This document shows positions 12,509-24,795 of a stretch of DNA of 64,000 bases, piece by piece. The first letter of the stretch is position 1, and every line of letters begins with the position of its first letter. A model generated the notes under the pieces. The model saw only the letters and a program-made list of their open reading frames with translations. It did no database searches and had not been told where the DNA came from. A program made the translations under genes and the position numbers. The stretch is from Mobula hypostoma (taxonomy: Eukaryota). The stretch spans positions 32,550,001-32,614,000 of the forward strand of contig NC_086110.1 in the NCBI RefSeq assembly GCF_963921235.1, written 5' to 3'.

Positions 12509-12817
12509 CAGACTCCTAGTTACATGTACTGTAACCTCTTAATTTTTTGATGCTTTGCGTTTTCTTACAGTTGCCTTACTGACCTAGTATTTCAGATGTT
12601 GTACATTAATTAAAACAAATTACTTGTACAGGATCAGTGTTCACCTGGTGATACGGCTTTGACAGTTTAACACAGATAATAAAAAAAAGTACAGGGCAGA
12701 CTGGGTCCCGTTGCTGTGGTCCCAGGGTATGTTCTAGGGACAGCCAGATATTTGAAGTGTGACCTCCCTTTCAGAACCCCACAAAGACCAAGCACCTCCC
12801 CGAGCCCGGACACTCAC

Positions 12818-12889
12818 TTCGCCACCGCCCGGTCGCCGGCTGCAAGCAGGAGATGTACTCGGTCAGTCGCCTCTCGAAAGCTTTCAGGT
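12818..12889 (-). CDS. CNEP1R1: CNEP1R1 coding exon 2 ([24 protein letters not shown])
   Basis: 72 nt; cag acceptor, gtgag donor; matches human protein. Confidence 0.97.
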
Positions 12890-12989
12890 CTGCAACACAC
12901 AAAAAAAAACAAGCACAAGTCGCACCTGTTCCGCCGCAACAACATGACCGCAGCCCGAGCTCGCCGCCTGCTGAGCGCCACCAGCTTAC

Positions 12990-13014
12990 CTTCCGCTTGC
13001 TCCAGGGAGTTCAT
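12990..13014 (-). CDS. CNEP1R1: CNEP1R1 (CTD nuclear envelope phosphatase 1 regulatory subunit 1, TMEM188, Spo7 homologue) coding exon 1 (MNSLEQAE)
   Basis: accATG start, gtaag donor. The six exons (25+72+74+110+55+42 = 378 nt) give an intact 125-aa protein nearly identical to human CNEP1R1. Confidence 0.97.
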
Positions 13015-14689
13015 GGTCAGAATCGGCCGCTCACAGCCCTCAACCCGCCGCCGACTTCCACACGCCCCGCTGCCGCTCTCGCCTCGCTCCTCGTTCCCAG
13101 ACGCCACGGCTGATTGGTCGCTCGCAGCGGCAGCGTCCACGATGGAAGGGGCAGCCTGATTGGCGGAGAGCGCCAGTGCGTGCTTGTGTTTCTGGTTCCG
13201 GTGCAGGTTAGCAGCGAGGGAAAGGCAGCTCAGAGAGGTGAGTTGTGGTTTGGTTTTCCTTCTCCTCTCCGGACTTTTCTACTTCAACAGCGCCCGTGGG
13301 ATGGAGTCGCCGCCTCCTACCTGATGAACTGTGGGTGCTTAGGTTCCTTCACGGCTCGTTGTGCGCGATCTCGACCTGTGCTTGGGCCGTGAATCTCCCT
13401 TTGTTGCTTTACATGGCGGCGCGGCCTAGTTGCTGTTATCGTTTGTCGTCGTAGGAGGCATCCCACTCTCCCCGGCCCCACGTCGCCGGGTCGGATCGGC
13501 CAGCTTTTCCTCGCCCACAAACTGTCCCCACAGTCTGTTCGTGGCCCTTTATCCAACGTCGGTGTTTGTTGCTTCGTCAGACCTCTAATTCAATGTTAGT
13601 GAATTTGCTCACTGCAAGCGACATGTCGCTCTTCCTAAACCCGTGTTGTGAGATAGCGATTTTCAGCCGCTGTCATTTTTAAACTTAACTAGAACTAGTT
13701 GTTTTTATCAAGATGGATTAGAAAAATAGGTTTTCTTAAGACTATTTATGACAGTGTTTATATAAATATCAACAGGTTCCCAAGTTCGGGACTTTTCTTT
13801 GGGAGACCAAATCCGGAATAGTTACTAAATCAGGTGAAATAGGAGCAATTGTTTTGAAGTTCTGCAGGATGACTAGGACATCAAACCTGCCCCCACCGTT
13901 TATACTGATCTATGCTGGCCCCATTATGCACCATCTAATGCTTCGAGTTTTATAGCTGTAAAATTTACAGTCATTAAAATAAAAATGGTTAGCTTTTCAG
14001 TAGGACAGTCAGATTTGCCAGAACGGGTAAGCTGTCTGTCATCACTTTTAATCGTCTCAAGTCACTATGAGCAGTATTAAGAAGAGTTGAGGGTACTGAT
14101 TGGGAAGGTTATCATATTCAGGTTTTTAGAAGGTGAGCTCTTGTGGATGCAGTTATTTTATTTGCTGTTGCATAACTTTATTTCGACAGTGTACTTTGCA
14201 GCCTTGGAGTTGTGCTGTTGAGTCAAATTTCACAATCACCATATTGTATACGTGACATTGTTATGTCAGTTTGTTGGTTTTCCATTTTTGAAGAGAAACT
14301 TTTAGAGGTAATTTTCTAGATGTTACAATGTTTCATTTGTTCTGAGTACTGCAATGTTTTCCATTTTTATTTTAGATTTACTGCATCTTCTTATTTGCTT
14401 TTGTGGAGTCGTTATAGATTGTCTAGGTAGTCTTTTGGTAGGGAACGGAATGAGGGTGCAGCTGGATCCCCTTCACCACTTGCTGCCCAGGTGCATGAGG
14501 AGAGTAATCATTTAGAAGACTGTATGTGGCCATTGTGCATTTGTGTCATTCAAAGTAACTGGATTGTGACATTGGATGGGGTCTACTATACAGTTAGTGG
14601 GCTTTTTTAAAATGGATCTATTCATCTAATTTAAAAATAGCTTCCACTTCTAATATGTGTGGTATGTTCGCATATGTATTTAAATACAA

Positions 14690-15490
14690 AATCAGAATTA
14701 CGTTCGTTTTCGCTGACATATGTTGTGAAATTTGTTTTGTGGCAGCAGTACAGTGCAAGACATAAAAAGTACAATAATATTAAATTACAGTGCAAGACAT
14801 AAAAAGTACAATAATATTAAATTACAATAAGAAATGTCCTCCTACTGGCATTGCATGGAGTAGACGTGTTTCTTGAACAGCTCCATTCTTTTTATATTAC
14901 TGAATCCAATCTGCTTTGAAAACTTACTCTTGGCGTATTATGATGTCTCGTGCTAAAGCTTCTAAAAAAGAAGAGGATCCTTCTGTGACTAGTAAGTTCT
15001 GCAAAAGAGGAATGGTGGGTACATGGATCATTCTGAAATCTGGCAAAGGGAAAGAAGCTGTTTCTAAAATGTTAAGTGTATGAATTTGAGCTCCTGTACC
15101 ACCTCCCTGATGGTAAGAATGAGAAGAGGGCATGTCCCTGAATGTTTAATCATGGATGCCATGTTCCTGAGCCACGGTCTTTGAAGGATTTCCTTGATGG
15201 TGGGGGGGCTGGTGCCCGGGATGGAACTGGCTGAGTCTCCAGCCCTCTGGAACCTCTTCTGATCCTGTGCATTGGAGCCTCCATACTGTGCGGTGACGTA
15301 ACCAGTCAAAATGCTCTCCATTGTACATATTTCTTAGAGTCTTTAGTGATATACCAAATCTCCAAATACTCCTGATGAAGAACAGCTGCTGATGTGCACT
15401 CTTATTGATATGTTGGGTCCAGGATAGATCATTTGAGATGTTAGTGCCAGGAACTTGAAGCTGCTCACTCTTTTGACAGCTAACCCTTCA
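14690..15490 (-). mobile_element. Rex1/Babar LINE 3' fragment
   Basis: Minus ORF ESILTGYVTAQYGGSNAQDQKRFQRAGDSASSIPG (Rex1 C-terminal region) plus family 3' tail. Confidence 0.8.
14749..14826. repeat. Perfect 37-bp tandem duplication
   Basis: tacagtgcaagacataaaaagtacaataatattaaat occurs twice (14749-14785, 14786-14822). Confidence 0.95.
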
Positions 15491-16832
15491 ATGAGTTCAT
15501 GTGCGGAGCAGCGTAATGGGAATAAAAGTTGGGAAAGTGGAAGGAATATGCAGCAAGTTCATGAAAGAAATTAGCTTGAACATTAGATATTTCAACATCT
15601 GTAACATAATTGAACTCTGCTTCAAGTCAAGTTTAGTTTGTCAAATGCACAGGAATGCTGAGGTTAGGTACAGTAAAAACTTGCTAATATTAGCATCACA
15701 GACACGTGGGTTCAGGCAACGCATAGAACATGAACAAATAGTAATCATACCAGGTGGTGAACGAAAGACTTTTCAAAATTATTGAAAGGAGTACAGGTAT
15801 AGTTGGAACAGATTTGGAATATTGTTGGCCATGTGCTCATATTTGTCCCTTTAGTCTTTAATTGCCCACAACTCCCCTTTGATTCCTTTTGCCATGAACT
15901 TACATTACAGGGTATTTATTGTAGCCAGAGCAGCATATAGAACCATACAACCAGAAAACTACAGCACAGAAATCAGGCCATTCAGCCCTTCTAGTCTGTG
16001 CAGAAACATTCCATTAGTCTGTACGATGTGGGAAGAAATTGGTGCACCTGCAGGAAATCCACAATCGCAAGGTGGACGTGCAAGCTCCACACAAATGCCA
16101 ATCAAACCCTAGTTCCTGGAGCTCTGAGGCAGTTTCTCCATCATATATGGTCAGCTCAACATATAAAGTCACTAACTGAATTTGCAACATTGTTGTAGAA
16201 GCAATCTGTTCCTATATTAAAAAATTCCATTTACTTGGAATAGGAAAGAATTTTGGTCAGTAATTAAAGAGAACTGTGGCAACTTAAATGATAGTCCAGC
16301 TGAAATGTGGCACAAGGCTTTTTTGTGTGAAATTGGAGCAATGCAACTGGATGAGTTGGAACCGAAAATTTTAATTAATTTATTATTCACAGATTTGAAT
16401 ACAGTTACAGAACATTTGCACGGTGATATTCAGCTTTTCTTTGTAGTAACAAAATTATGGAGTTTTTTATTTGAAAAGCGCTGTTTGGAGTTGTAAAATT
16501 TTAGCATCAGCTAGTCCAGTTACTATATTTTTGTAGTTAGTGTTGAAGATTAGCTTGTGTGATGCTAATTAATTTTCTTTGTATTGTTTAATTTGTAAAA
16601 TTTGTGAGAACATTGCGCTGTTTAACATCCTACTAATGGCTCCATTTCCTTTTGATTTAAAATACCTCTTCTTTAGAATTGTAGTGTTGATGGAATGTAA
16701 AGGGGCAAAGGAAAGATCTGGGACTCTGAAAAATTCCAACCAAAATATGCAAACAGGTAATTTATTACTTGATGCTATTAAAGTAAAGACATTTAAGTAA
16801 TGCTTCCTCGATATTTCTTTTTGTAGGTTAAG

Positions 16833-16891
16833 ATGGCTACTTGGATAAAGCCTAGGGTGGCCCCAACACACAAACTCAGCGCAGATGGAAC
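16833..16891 (+). CDS. NCOA5-like gene, probable first coding exon (MATWIKPRVAPTHKLSADGT)
   Basis: ttttgtag acceptor at 16826, strong Kozak aagATGG, gtaagg donor (phase 2); frame-compatible with downstream exons; no homology support for this part. Confidence 0.6.
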
Positions 16892-17280
16892 GTAAGGAAG
16901 GTTTAAAAATATTACCTACTTTTCCTGAGAAATGTGTATAAAAGTCTGCATTCCTTTAGTTTTGGAGTTTTTTTTCAATTGCCTATTTGCTTCAGTTTTT
17001 AGAAGTTAATGAAACTTCTTGTTGCTTGAACAACCTAAAATAGAAATCCCACCATTTAAAATGTTGCCAGTTTCCTTTGGAGTAAAAGTGTACATTAGAT
17101 GTTCTGACTGAAAACCACTGATCCACTGGGTAGAGACAAATAAATATTGACCATTTTTAGCATAGTTTTTGTTGTTTACATATCCCTTGTTTTACACCTT
17201 TAGGCAGTGCGTAGAATATTAAGATCGTTTCAGACCAAGTCCTGGAAATTGACTCATTTTGTTTTCCTTCTCTCCCTCAG

Positions 17281-17328
17281 TACATATGTAGCTGCAGAAT
17301 ACAATGTTCCCAGAGAAGCTTTGCAAAG
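17281..17328 (+). CDS. NCOA5-like coding exon 2 (TYVAAEYNVPREALQR)
   Basis: Long polypyrimidine-cag acceptor, AAG|gtatgt donor, 48 nt, phase 2-2, open. Confidence 0.65.
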
Positions 17329-18524
17329 GTATGTGAAAACAACTTAAGAAATAATGGGATAAAGATTATTTTGAATTTGGAACACAAGGGGTAGAAATGG
17401 AAGAACAGGTTTCCTGCATCAAATTGGCATCTTGAATTTCCACTAAGTAGAATGTGAATCTTTCTCTTTCTTGCCAGAGCCTTTGTATTAGTGCTGGCTG
17501 CAAATAAGAACATCATAACTAATTGTTGCAACAATATCCAAACAATAACCTTGTTGCTGACCCTGTTTCCATACACTGGTTGGCCTTAATGGTATGGTCA
17601 ATGGCATAACAAAAGGTTGAGTACGCCTACTCCAAATATAGTCCTACCTGAAATTTCCAATATTTTCTTTTTTTAATTTTGGATTTCTTGAATCTGCAGT
17701 TTCATGCTTAACAAAAAGTTTATCCATTTTTATCTAATTGTGGTACTAAAAAGATAGTCTTTTTCTGTATTCTAGTCAGTTTTGACAGCACTGCAAATTA
17801 TATTTTGTTTCTGTAAGCACCTGTTAGGAAAGCCTTGTGTATTTTCCAGTCTCAACAACTTGATTTTAATAATGCCAGGTGCTTTGCTAGAAATCTGTGG
17901 CTTGTCACGCCTGCAAATATGTCAATCACTACTGAAACTGCCTAATAATCAGGAGTGAAGAGCCATCTTGGCCATGATTTTTCAATTGATAAAGAGACGA
18001 CATTTGCCATAAGCTTAGGAAAATCTGGACAGCAATCTTGAGTGGCATGAATTTTCCCTTTTCTGCTGCATGTAACTGTTAGTTACCTTTTGTGGAAGCT
18101 ATGATCAGACAATCAGATCAAAGCATTCTTGCATGACGCACTAGTGTGGGGGGGGTGTGCTCATCGAGATTATTGTTCGGAAGGAGTTGGGATTCCCACA
18201 CATATAATGTTAGTTTTTCAGGTCTGAGAGCACAGCTTACTAATTGAAGAATGCTGTTAAAATCACAAGTAACCTCATGAACATTGCATTTTGCTTTTAA
18301 CATCAAGGATGGCAACTTAACAAAAAAATTCACATCTATTCGCTGATTCTGTGTTGCTTGCCTTAACAACAATCGAAGTAATGCACATTGTTGTGACAAC
18401 TTTTCAGCAATGTGAATTTCTACACATGTTGGAAGCTTATGTCAGTTTCACAGAGTAATAATGATCACTGTTGATAGTTTTATATCATTAATACCATGAA
18501 TTCCAGACATTTCTTCATTATGAA

Positions 18525-18785
18525 TACTTATCGAAGGGATCTGGTATTAGTATCAACACTTTGAGATATACAGGAGCGTGAAGACTCATACTCAACAATT
18601 TAAGAACAGCTTCTTTCCCTCTACAATCAGATTTCTGAATGGTGTATGAACACTCTCACTATTCATTTTCTTGCACTTACTTAATTTGTAAATTTATAGT
18701 TTTGTGTCTTTGTATTGTATTGCTGATGAAAAGCAATTTTTCACATCATATAAGACAGTCAGAATAAACTTTATTCTGATTCTGA
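18525..18785 (+). mobile_element. Rex1/Babar LINE 3' end
   Basis: caacaatttaagaacagcttctttccctctacaatcagatttctgaatg...aataaactttattctgattctga tail shared with other copies. Confidence 0.7.
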
Positions 18786-19734
18786 ATCAGTTTGGGAATA
18801 TTGGAATATTCACATCATCTAAAATTGATAAACACCCTGTTCTAAAATGACTAAAGCTTGTAAAATGCATATTAATTAATTCATGGCAAACTGCTGCTCA
18901 CTGCATTTTGATGGAGTTCTCTTGCTCTCAGAGTAATTGCTGTAGCTGCTGTTTTCTATGCTTTGTTGAATAGACTGTTTTCTCAGACTCTGCTTTACAG
19001 TATATTGCTGTGAGTCATTTTTCCTCCCTTACACAATAGTGGCTGAAGCAATGCAATCCATAATTAGTGTTTTACTCAATTATTAGCACTGTCAGCCAAT
19101 TATCTTTTGGTATAAAACAAGGCAGTTTAACCCATTAATGATATGTTAAGAAACTGAAGCATCTTTCAATAAATATAGTATAATTTCTGCAAGAAAATGA
19201 AATAACAGTTATAAAATTGTGGACAGAATCCGTTTCAGGCACTTAAAACAGCATAGATACTGGTCGACAACAAAATTATCAAATCATTTCTATCTAGGTT
19301 AGGCAAAACGTCACCATCAGCAGATTTTTTTTAATACTTGCCATGCAGTTGGTCTTACTTAAAATAATGGAAACAGTTGACCTAAGAAGTAGGGTTTGTT
19401 TTTCAAAGCACCCTCTCAACATCAGCACAATCCAGAAAGAGACAATTACCTTTGATTGAGTTGATACTTACAGGTTTGAACTGACTGTCTTTGTCTTAAT
19501 ATATCTTTTCCATAATTTATCCCTTAATTAAAACTAAAGCTGAGGTTGCTATTGCAACATTGGGATAAATAGAGTCATGAGGTTACAGTCATACTTTCCT
19601 TGATCCTCTAAGTGTAGTTGTTTTCTCAGTCATGAAATGTGAAATTGCTAATCATGCTTCCCAAGGTTGTCAGGTGAAGTTACAACTTAATTGTCTCGAA
19701 GCAGAATTATTGTCCCTGAATAAGTTGCGAAACT

Positions 19735-20665
19735 TATTGTTATGCCTGCGCTGTACTGCACAAAATTTGTTTGAGGCAGCAGTACAGTGCAGGCATTACA
19801 AATTACTATAAGTTACAATCAAAATAAATATAGCTTGCAAGAGGAACGTGAGGTCGTGTTCATTGACTGATGGCAGAGGGAAAGAAGCTGTTACTAAAAT
19901 GTTGAGTTGGGGTCTTCAGCTTCATGCACCTCTCCCTGTTGGTAGCAATGAGAAATGCATGTCCTGGGTCTTTAATGATTGGTGCCACCTTCTTGAGGTA
20001 CAGCCTTTGAAAAATATCCTTGATGGTGGGGAGGCTTGTGGTTGTTGTCAAAAACCTCTGAAGCCCCATATGATCTTGTGGATTGGCACCTCTACCAGGC
20101 AGTGATGGAGTCAATCAGAATACTCTCCACTGTACATCTTTAGAAATTTGCTAGCATCTTTGATGTGACATACCAGATCTCCACAAACACCTTGTGAAGT
20201 ACAGCTGCTGGAATGCCTTCATTGTCATTGCAACAATATAGTGAGTCCGGAATAGATCCTCTGAGAAGTTGGCACCAAGGAACTTGAAAACGCTCACTCT
20301 CTCCACTGCTGACCGGCTTGTGAGGATTCACCCCCTTGAAGGATGCTTTGACTTCCTCCTGCGAGACAGAGATCACCAGATACTGTAGGCATTTGCACAA
20401 GTGTAGTTTTATTCTCCAATACAAAGCATGCACTGAAAGCATTGAGCTCATACTTTAGAGAAGCATTACTGCCAATTATATTGTTAGGTTTTACCTTGTA
20501 GGAAGTAATGGCATGCAAACCCTGCCACAGCTGGCATGCATACAATTGTGCTTCTAACTTCACATGGAATTGCCTTTGTGCCATCACGACAGTCTTCAAT
20601 AGGTTGTCCCTGGGCTTCTTGAATGGCTCTGGATCACTGGTCTTATATGCCATAGATCTGTACAC
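19735..20665 (-). mobile_element. Rex1/Babar LINE fragments
   Basis: Minus ORF relics QLWQGLHAITSYKVKP, LPTIKDIFQRLYLKKVAPIIKDP and FSNSFFPSAI. Confidence 0.8.
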
Positions 20666-21370
20666 AATTCTCCACAGGTTGTTGTAGCATGTTAACGCTT
20701 AACAACTTGGTAAGTCTTGGTGCCTGACAAATGTTGACTTGGCAGATGACCCTGTATGAATCATTACTCATTCCAATTCTTTGTAAATTTGCTATTTTGT
20801 TTATCTCTTGGCTCAAAGTTTCACATGCCCCTTTCTGTACGAACTTGTACTTCATGGTTTCAAAAACAAAAAGCTGCAGGTTCTGGAAATCAAAATAAAA
20901 CAGATAATGCTGGAAATGCCAGCTGGATTAGGTAACACTTGTGGAGATTATTCTTCATTCTGATTAATTGTTCGAGGAAGTGCACAGCCATGTGATTGAT
21001 ATCCCCTCTTGATTGTAGTATGTTGCGGTTGATTTTCTCTGGACCCAGATATAGTGATCAACGTATTTGCTCTTTGCTGCTGCTCTTCACCCATTTCCAG
21101 TCTTAAAATATCCAAAAGTTAAACAAATGTTTGACCCCCTTGATCTCTCAAATTTTCAGATTCATCTGTATGGTAAGCACTTGTTGCTGAAGAGAATGGA
21201 AATGCTTTAGAGATTGTTGAAAAGCTTGCATTGACAGCTTTCTTATTTACATTGGCTTTCTTGCAATATCATTAGTTAACTTAAAAGGTTGTGCATATTT
21301 TTGATTTCATTAGATAAGTGTAACCTCATTTTATAGCGCTGGAATTTATCCTACTTCTGTCCTCTTTTAG

Positions 21371-21447
21371 AACGAATGAAGTTGTGGAATATTATGGTGG
21401 TTATCCTGAAGGTTACACTGCGGAGGATTACAACTACACCTGGAGTG
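21371..21447 (+). CDS. NCOA5-like coding exon 3 (TNEVVEYYGGYPEGYTAEDYNYTWS)
   Basis: cttctgtcctcttttag acceptor, G|gtacga donor, 77 nt, phase 2-1; bridges flanking exons in frame. Confidence 0.65.
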
Positions 21448-21889
21448 GTACGATTAACTATTATGCATCTACCTATTTGTAGCATGCTAAAAGTATTGGA
21501 TGGAAAATTAATAATTAGCAAAGGAATAATTGGAGGAGGCATTAGGATGATGGAAAGGGTCGGGTGGTAGTTTAAACAAGATGTAGGAATCAATACTACT
21601 ACTACATTTAACACACCCCACCTTAAACCAATGTTCTCTCATAATTTCTCCATGTAACCACTCCTCATCTTCTGTGTTCACTTATCTGCTTGGTCACGTG
21701 CATTTGAGTAGTTATATAATTACAGATAGAAGATTTTAATATGCCAAGTATTAACCTTGGGTCAGAGTACTAATACTGTATTCCTATTATGGTGAAAGAT
21801 GTGCTATGGCAGAAGCTGTATTCACCTAGTGGCTGAATACAAGTTCAGGGTTTGAGAGATCAGGTGAAATTCAGTTATTTTGCTCTCGG

Positions 21890-23270
21890 AATCTGGGTTT
21901 TGCTAGTAAAACTTAACTGTCATTGAGACTATGGTAGTTGTGTTCCTTGAACCACTATGGTTTTTCATATGGGGTGGGGGAGGATGCTCCCAAAGTACTC
22001 TTGGATAAGTTTATAGTCAATAACAATTGTGAAGTCAGAGTAGTGTGTCATTTGAAAGTGAGCCTGCATATGTTAGTATTCCCACGTGTCAAAAGCATTT
22101 CCACTATTGTAAATAGTGCATTCAGAATCATGCAGACAAGTAACAGCAGTGCACTGTGTATGTGGCACATTCTATAGACACCGTGCTGTTGATGAAAGGA
22201 ATGAATGTTTAGAGTGGGTTGTATTTTTTGTTTGAGCAGGCTGCTGTTTTTTGGGTGGTGTTGATCATAATTGTTGGAGCTGACCTTTTTCAGAGAGTGT
22301 CATTAGACGTTTGACTTGAGTCTTATAAATGGTGTAAAGGCCCTGTGTTGTCAGATGGTGAGTGATTTGCTCCAGGTTTCCAAACATCTGACCTGTTTCT
22401 GTGGTACTAGTGGCCTTCAGGATATTGGTGGGGGGAATTGCTGGTACTGCCATCGAATGTCAGGGGTAAAGGTTAAAGATTAGCTTCATTTGTCACATGT
22501 GCCTTGAAACATACAGTGAAATGCATCATTTGCATTAAAACAAATCTTGGGCAGTCGTCAAGTGTCGCCATGCTACCAACTCCAACATAGCATGTTTACA
22601 ACTTACTAATCCTAACCTGTACATCTTTGCAATGAAAGGAAACTTGAGCACCTGAAGGAAACCCACATAAAGTTAATTGACTGGTACATTTCTGGCATAA
22701 ACATTACTTCTTTTTAACCCCTGCCAAAATTCTTGCTGTAAGAATGCATGTACTGTATCATTGCCGGGGAGATGCACAATCTGCACTGTACGTCTGCAGT
22801 TCTGACCTTGTAATGGAAAAAGAAGCCATTAATGAAGCGACTGCATGTGGTTAGGCTGAGACTCAGTCCTGAGACTGAGAGAATGGACATTCAACAACCA
22901 AACTTACTTTCAGGTGAGACATGAGTTCGGCCATGGTGTTTTTTTTGCCTTGATGTACATTGAATGCAGATTTGAGATGACTTATTCCCACACTTGTCAA
23001 GTGCTGCTCTCATGTCAAGGGCAGTTGCTCTTGCCTCTCTTCTGGAATTCAGCTCTGGCACATTTTTGAACTTGGATTATCTTGAGGTCAGCTGAGTTGT
23101 TCTGCAAAAGCTAAGCTGGGCGTATTGAGAAAATTATAGATAAATACTACTTGATAACTCTGCCGCCTTTCATTTTTTTGTGGTAATGTGTGGTAAGTGG
23201 CTAGATTCAATTTTTTCTTGATCTTTAGTGAACAGTTGGTTGGGTTGGTAACTGTTGGGAATTTCCTTTT
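21890..23270 (-). mobile_element. Old CR1/Crack-like LINE remnants
   Basis: Minus relic QITHHLTTQGLYTIYKTQVK resembles the CR1/Crack RT C-terminal region; related sequence at ~61200-61960. Confidence 0.5.
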
Positions 23271-24439
23271 CCACACAAGACTCAGACCCAGGTATTTGTT
23301 ATAGGAGACTCTATTTATGTGACACAGGGAGCAGTCCCTCTGGAGAGAGCGACACCGCTTACAATCAGTGTACGCACCCTCTTTATGGTTGATTCTGAAG
23401 GGTATGGTTTGTTCAACTTTTCCATATTTGGTACTGCTCTAAGCAAGCTAGAGGGAAAACACTGAAGTCACATCGCCTTGTGGTGTACAGGTGTACACCG
23501 AGCAGCCAACATCACGGTTACTTATGTCTACAGCAGTAGGCTAGAGGGCGGCACCAGGATTTTCTGCTGATTCAGGCATTAAGCAATACAGACACACAAT
23601 TCTGTAGTCTCACAGAGGTATTCACCTGCCCCCAGTTGACCAAAATCCTCCACAGTAACAATGTTGTAACTGCACTGAATTGGCTGGAGGCATGGCTAGC
23701 TCTGCAGTGAATGTCTTGAGTTCTGCATGTGAGGTGTCATTTGGGGCATTACATAGTCTAGCTTTATCCAGTTTTCTCAGCTACTCTTGATGTCATACGA
23801 AGTAAATCATCTTGACCAAAACAACAATTGGGGATTGTGGGTGCAGGAGTGGGAGAGAGGTTGGAATGTGTCAATTCCTCTGTCTCCTGGTGGCTTTTTA
23901 CTGTCCCACCACTATCAGTCAAGATTTAGTGTGGTGGGGGCAGATATCATTTTATCTATTGGTTGAGATTGCTGAGCCTCCTTATTTCAATCTCCTTATG
24001 AAGAGCTGAATGGCTCCTTTTCAGACAGGGTTAGCTCACTTACCCAGTCTCTTAACCTGGTCTCCCCATATTCACATCACTTCCCCAGCAGTCACAAGCT
24101 GAAAGTCCACATGGACATAATGGAGATTGGAATTGAGCTTGGGTCGCTAGAGCTAAATGCAGCAGCTATACACTGCTACATGCTGCTTAAAATTATTTTT
24201 CTATGAAAAGGCTATACTTATGTTGGATAGCACATGAATATGAAATATGTACAGTGTTCTGTGCAGATGCAAGTGTTGGCTTTTCACAGCGAATAAAATT
24301 AGAAATAATGGTTTGAGTGAGTATTTAGAGAAGAATTTATTTGAGGAAATTCAAACAAATGGTTAAAATTAATTTAACAAAATATATGAAAATTAAAAAT
24401 GAAAGAAAAATGGAACCCAAGCAAAGAGCAATACAGGTA

Positions 24440-24712
24440 GTTGCCACAGTACCATAGTGGTTAGCACAACGCTATCATAGCTCCAGAATTTGGAGTTCGA
24501 TTCTGGTGCCATTTGCAACGAGTTTGTATGTTCTCCCCATGAGTGCATGGGTTTCCTCTGGGTGCTCTGGTTTCCTCCTACAGTCCAAAGACCTACTGGT
24601 TAGTAGGTTAATTGGTCAATGTATATTGTCCTGTGATTAAGTTAGTTTTAAATAGGTGTGTTACTGGGTGGTTCAGCTTTCTGGCTCAGAAGGGCTTGTT
24701 CTGTGTTCTGTA
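24440..24712 (+). mobile_element. tRNA-derived V-SINE (HE1-like)
   Basis: A-box tagtggttagc, B-box gttcgattc, V-domain gggtttcctctgggtgctctggtttcctcctacagtccaaagac, CR1-like tail. Confidence 0.75.
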
Positions 24713-24795
24713 AATAATGTGGAAAGGTGTTATATCAGAGGTGCCTGTATAAAGTTCTGATTCTCTGAAAAATTTTTGGTTTGTTAAGCTGCGCA

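Larger units (their letters stand above)
12760..13570. promoter_or_regulatory. CpG island, bidirectional promoter of CNEP1R1 (-) and the NCOA5-like gene (+)
   Basis: CpG-rich. Two ATTGG (CCAAT) boxes at 13113-13117 and 13159-13163, an ETS-like TTCCGG near 13197 and a YY1-like ACATGGCGGC at 13411-13420. A strong plus-strand donor GAG|gtgagt at 13237/13238 marks a probable non-coding exon 1. Confidence 0.8.

Noticed and set aside
12716-13556. Several 60-150-aa ORFs on both strands
   Set aside because: CpG-island artefacts; only the spliced CNEP1R1 exons have homology and splice support
21376-21570. 64-aa ORF MKLWNIMVV...
   Set aside because: Wrong frame; the splice-compatible exon reads TNEVVEYYGGYPEG
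23538-23555. CTCF-like GGCTAGAGGGCGGC
   Set aside because: Lacks the 5' CC of the core; too weak to call
24440-24510. tRNA gene (A and B boxes)
   Set aside because: Continues into a V-SINE body; no complete cloverleaf
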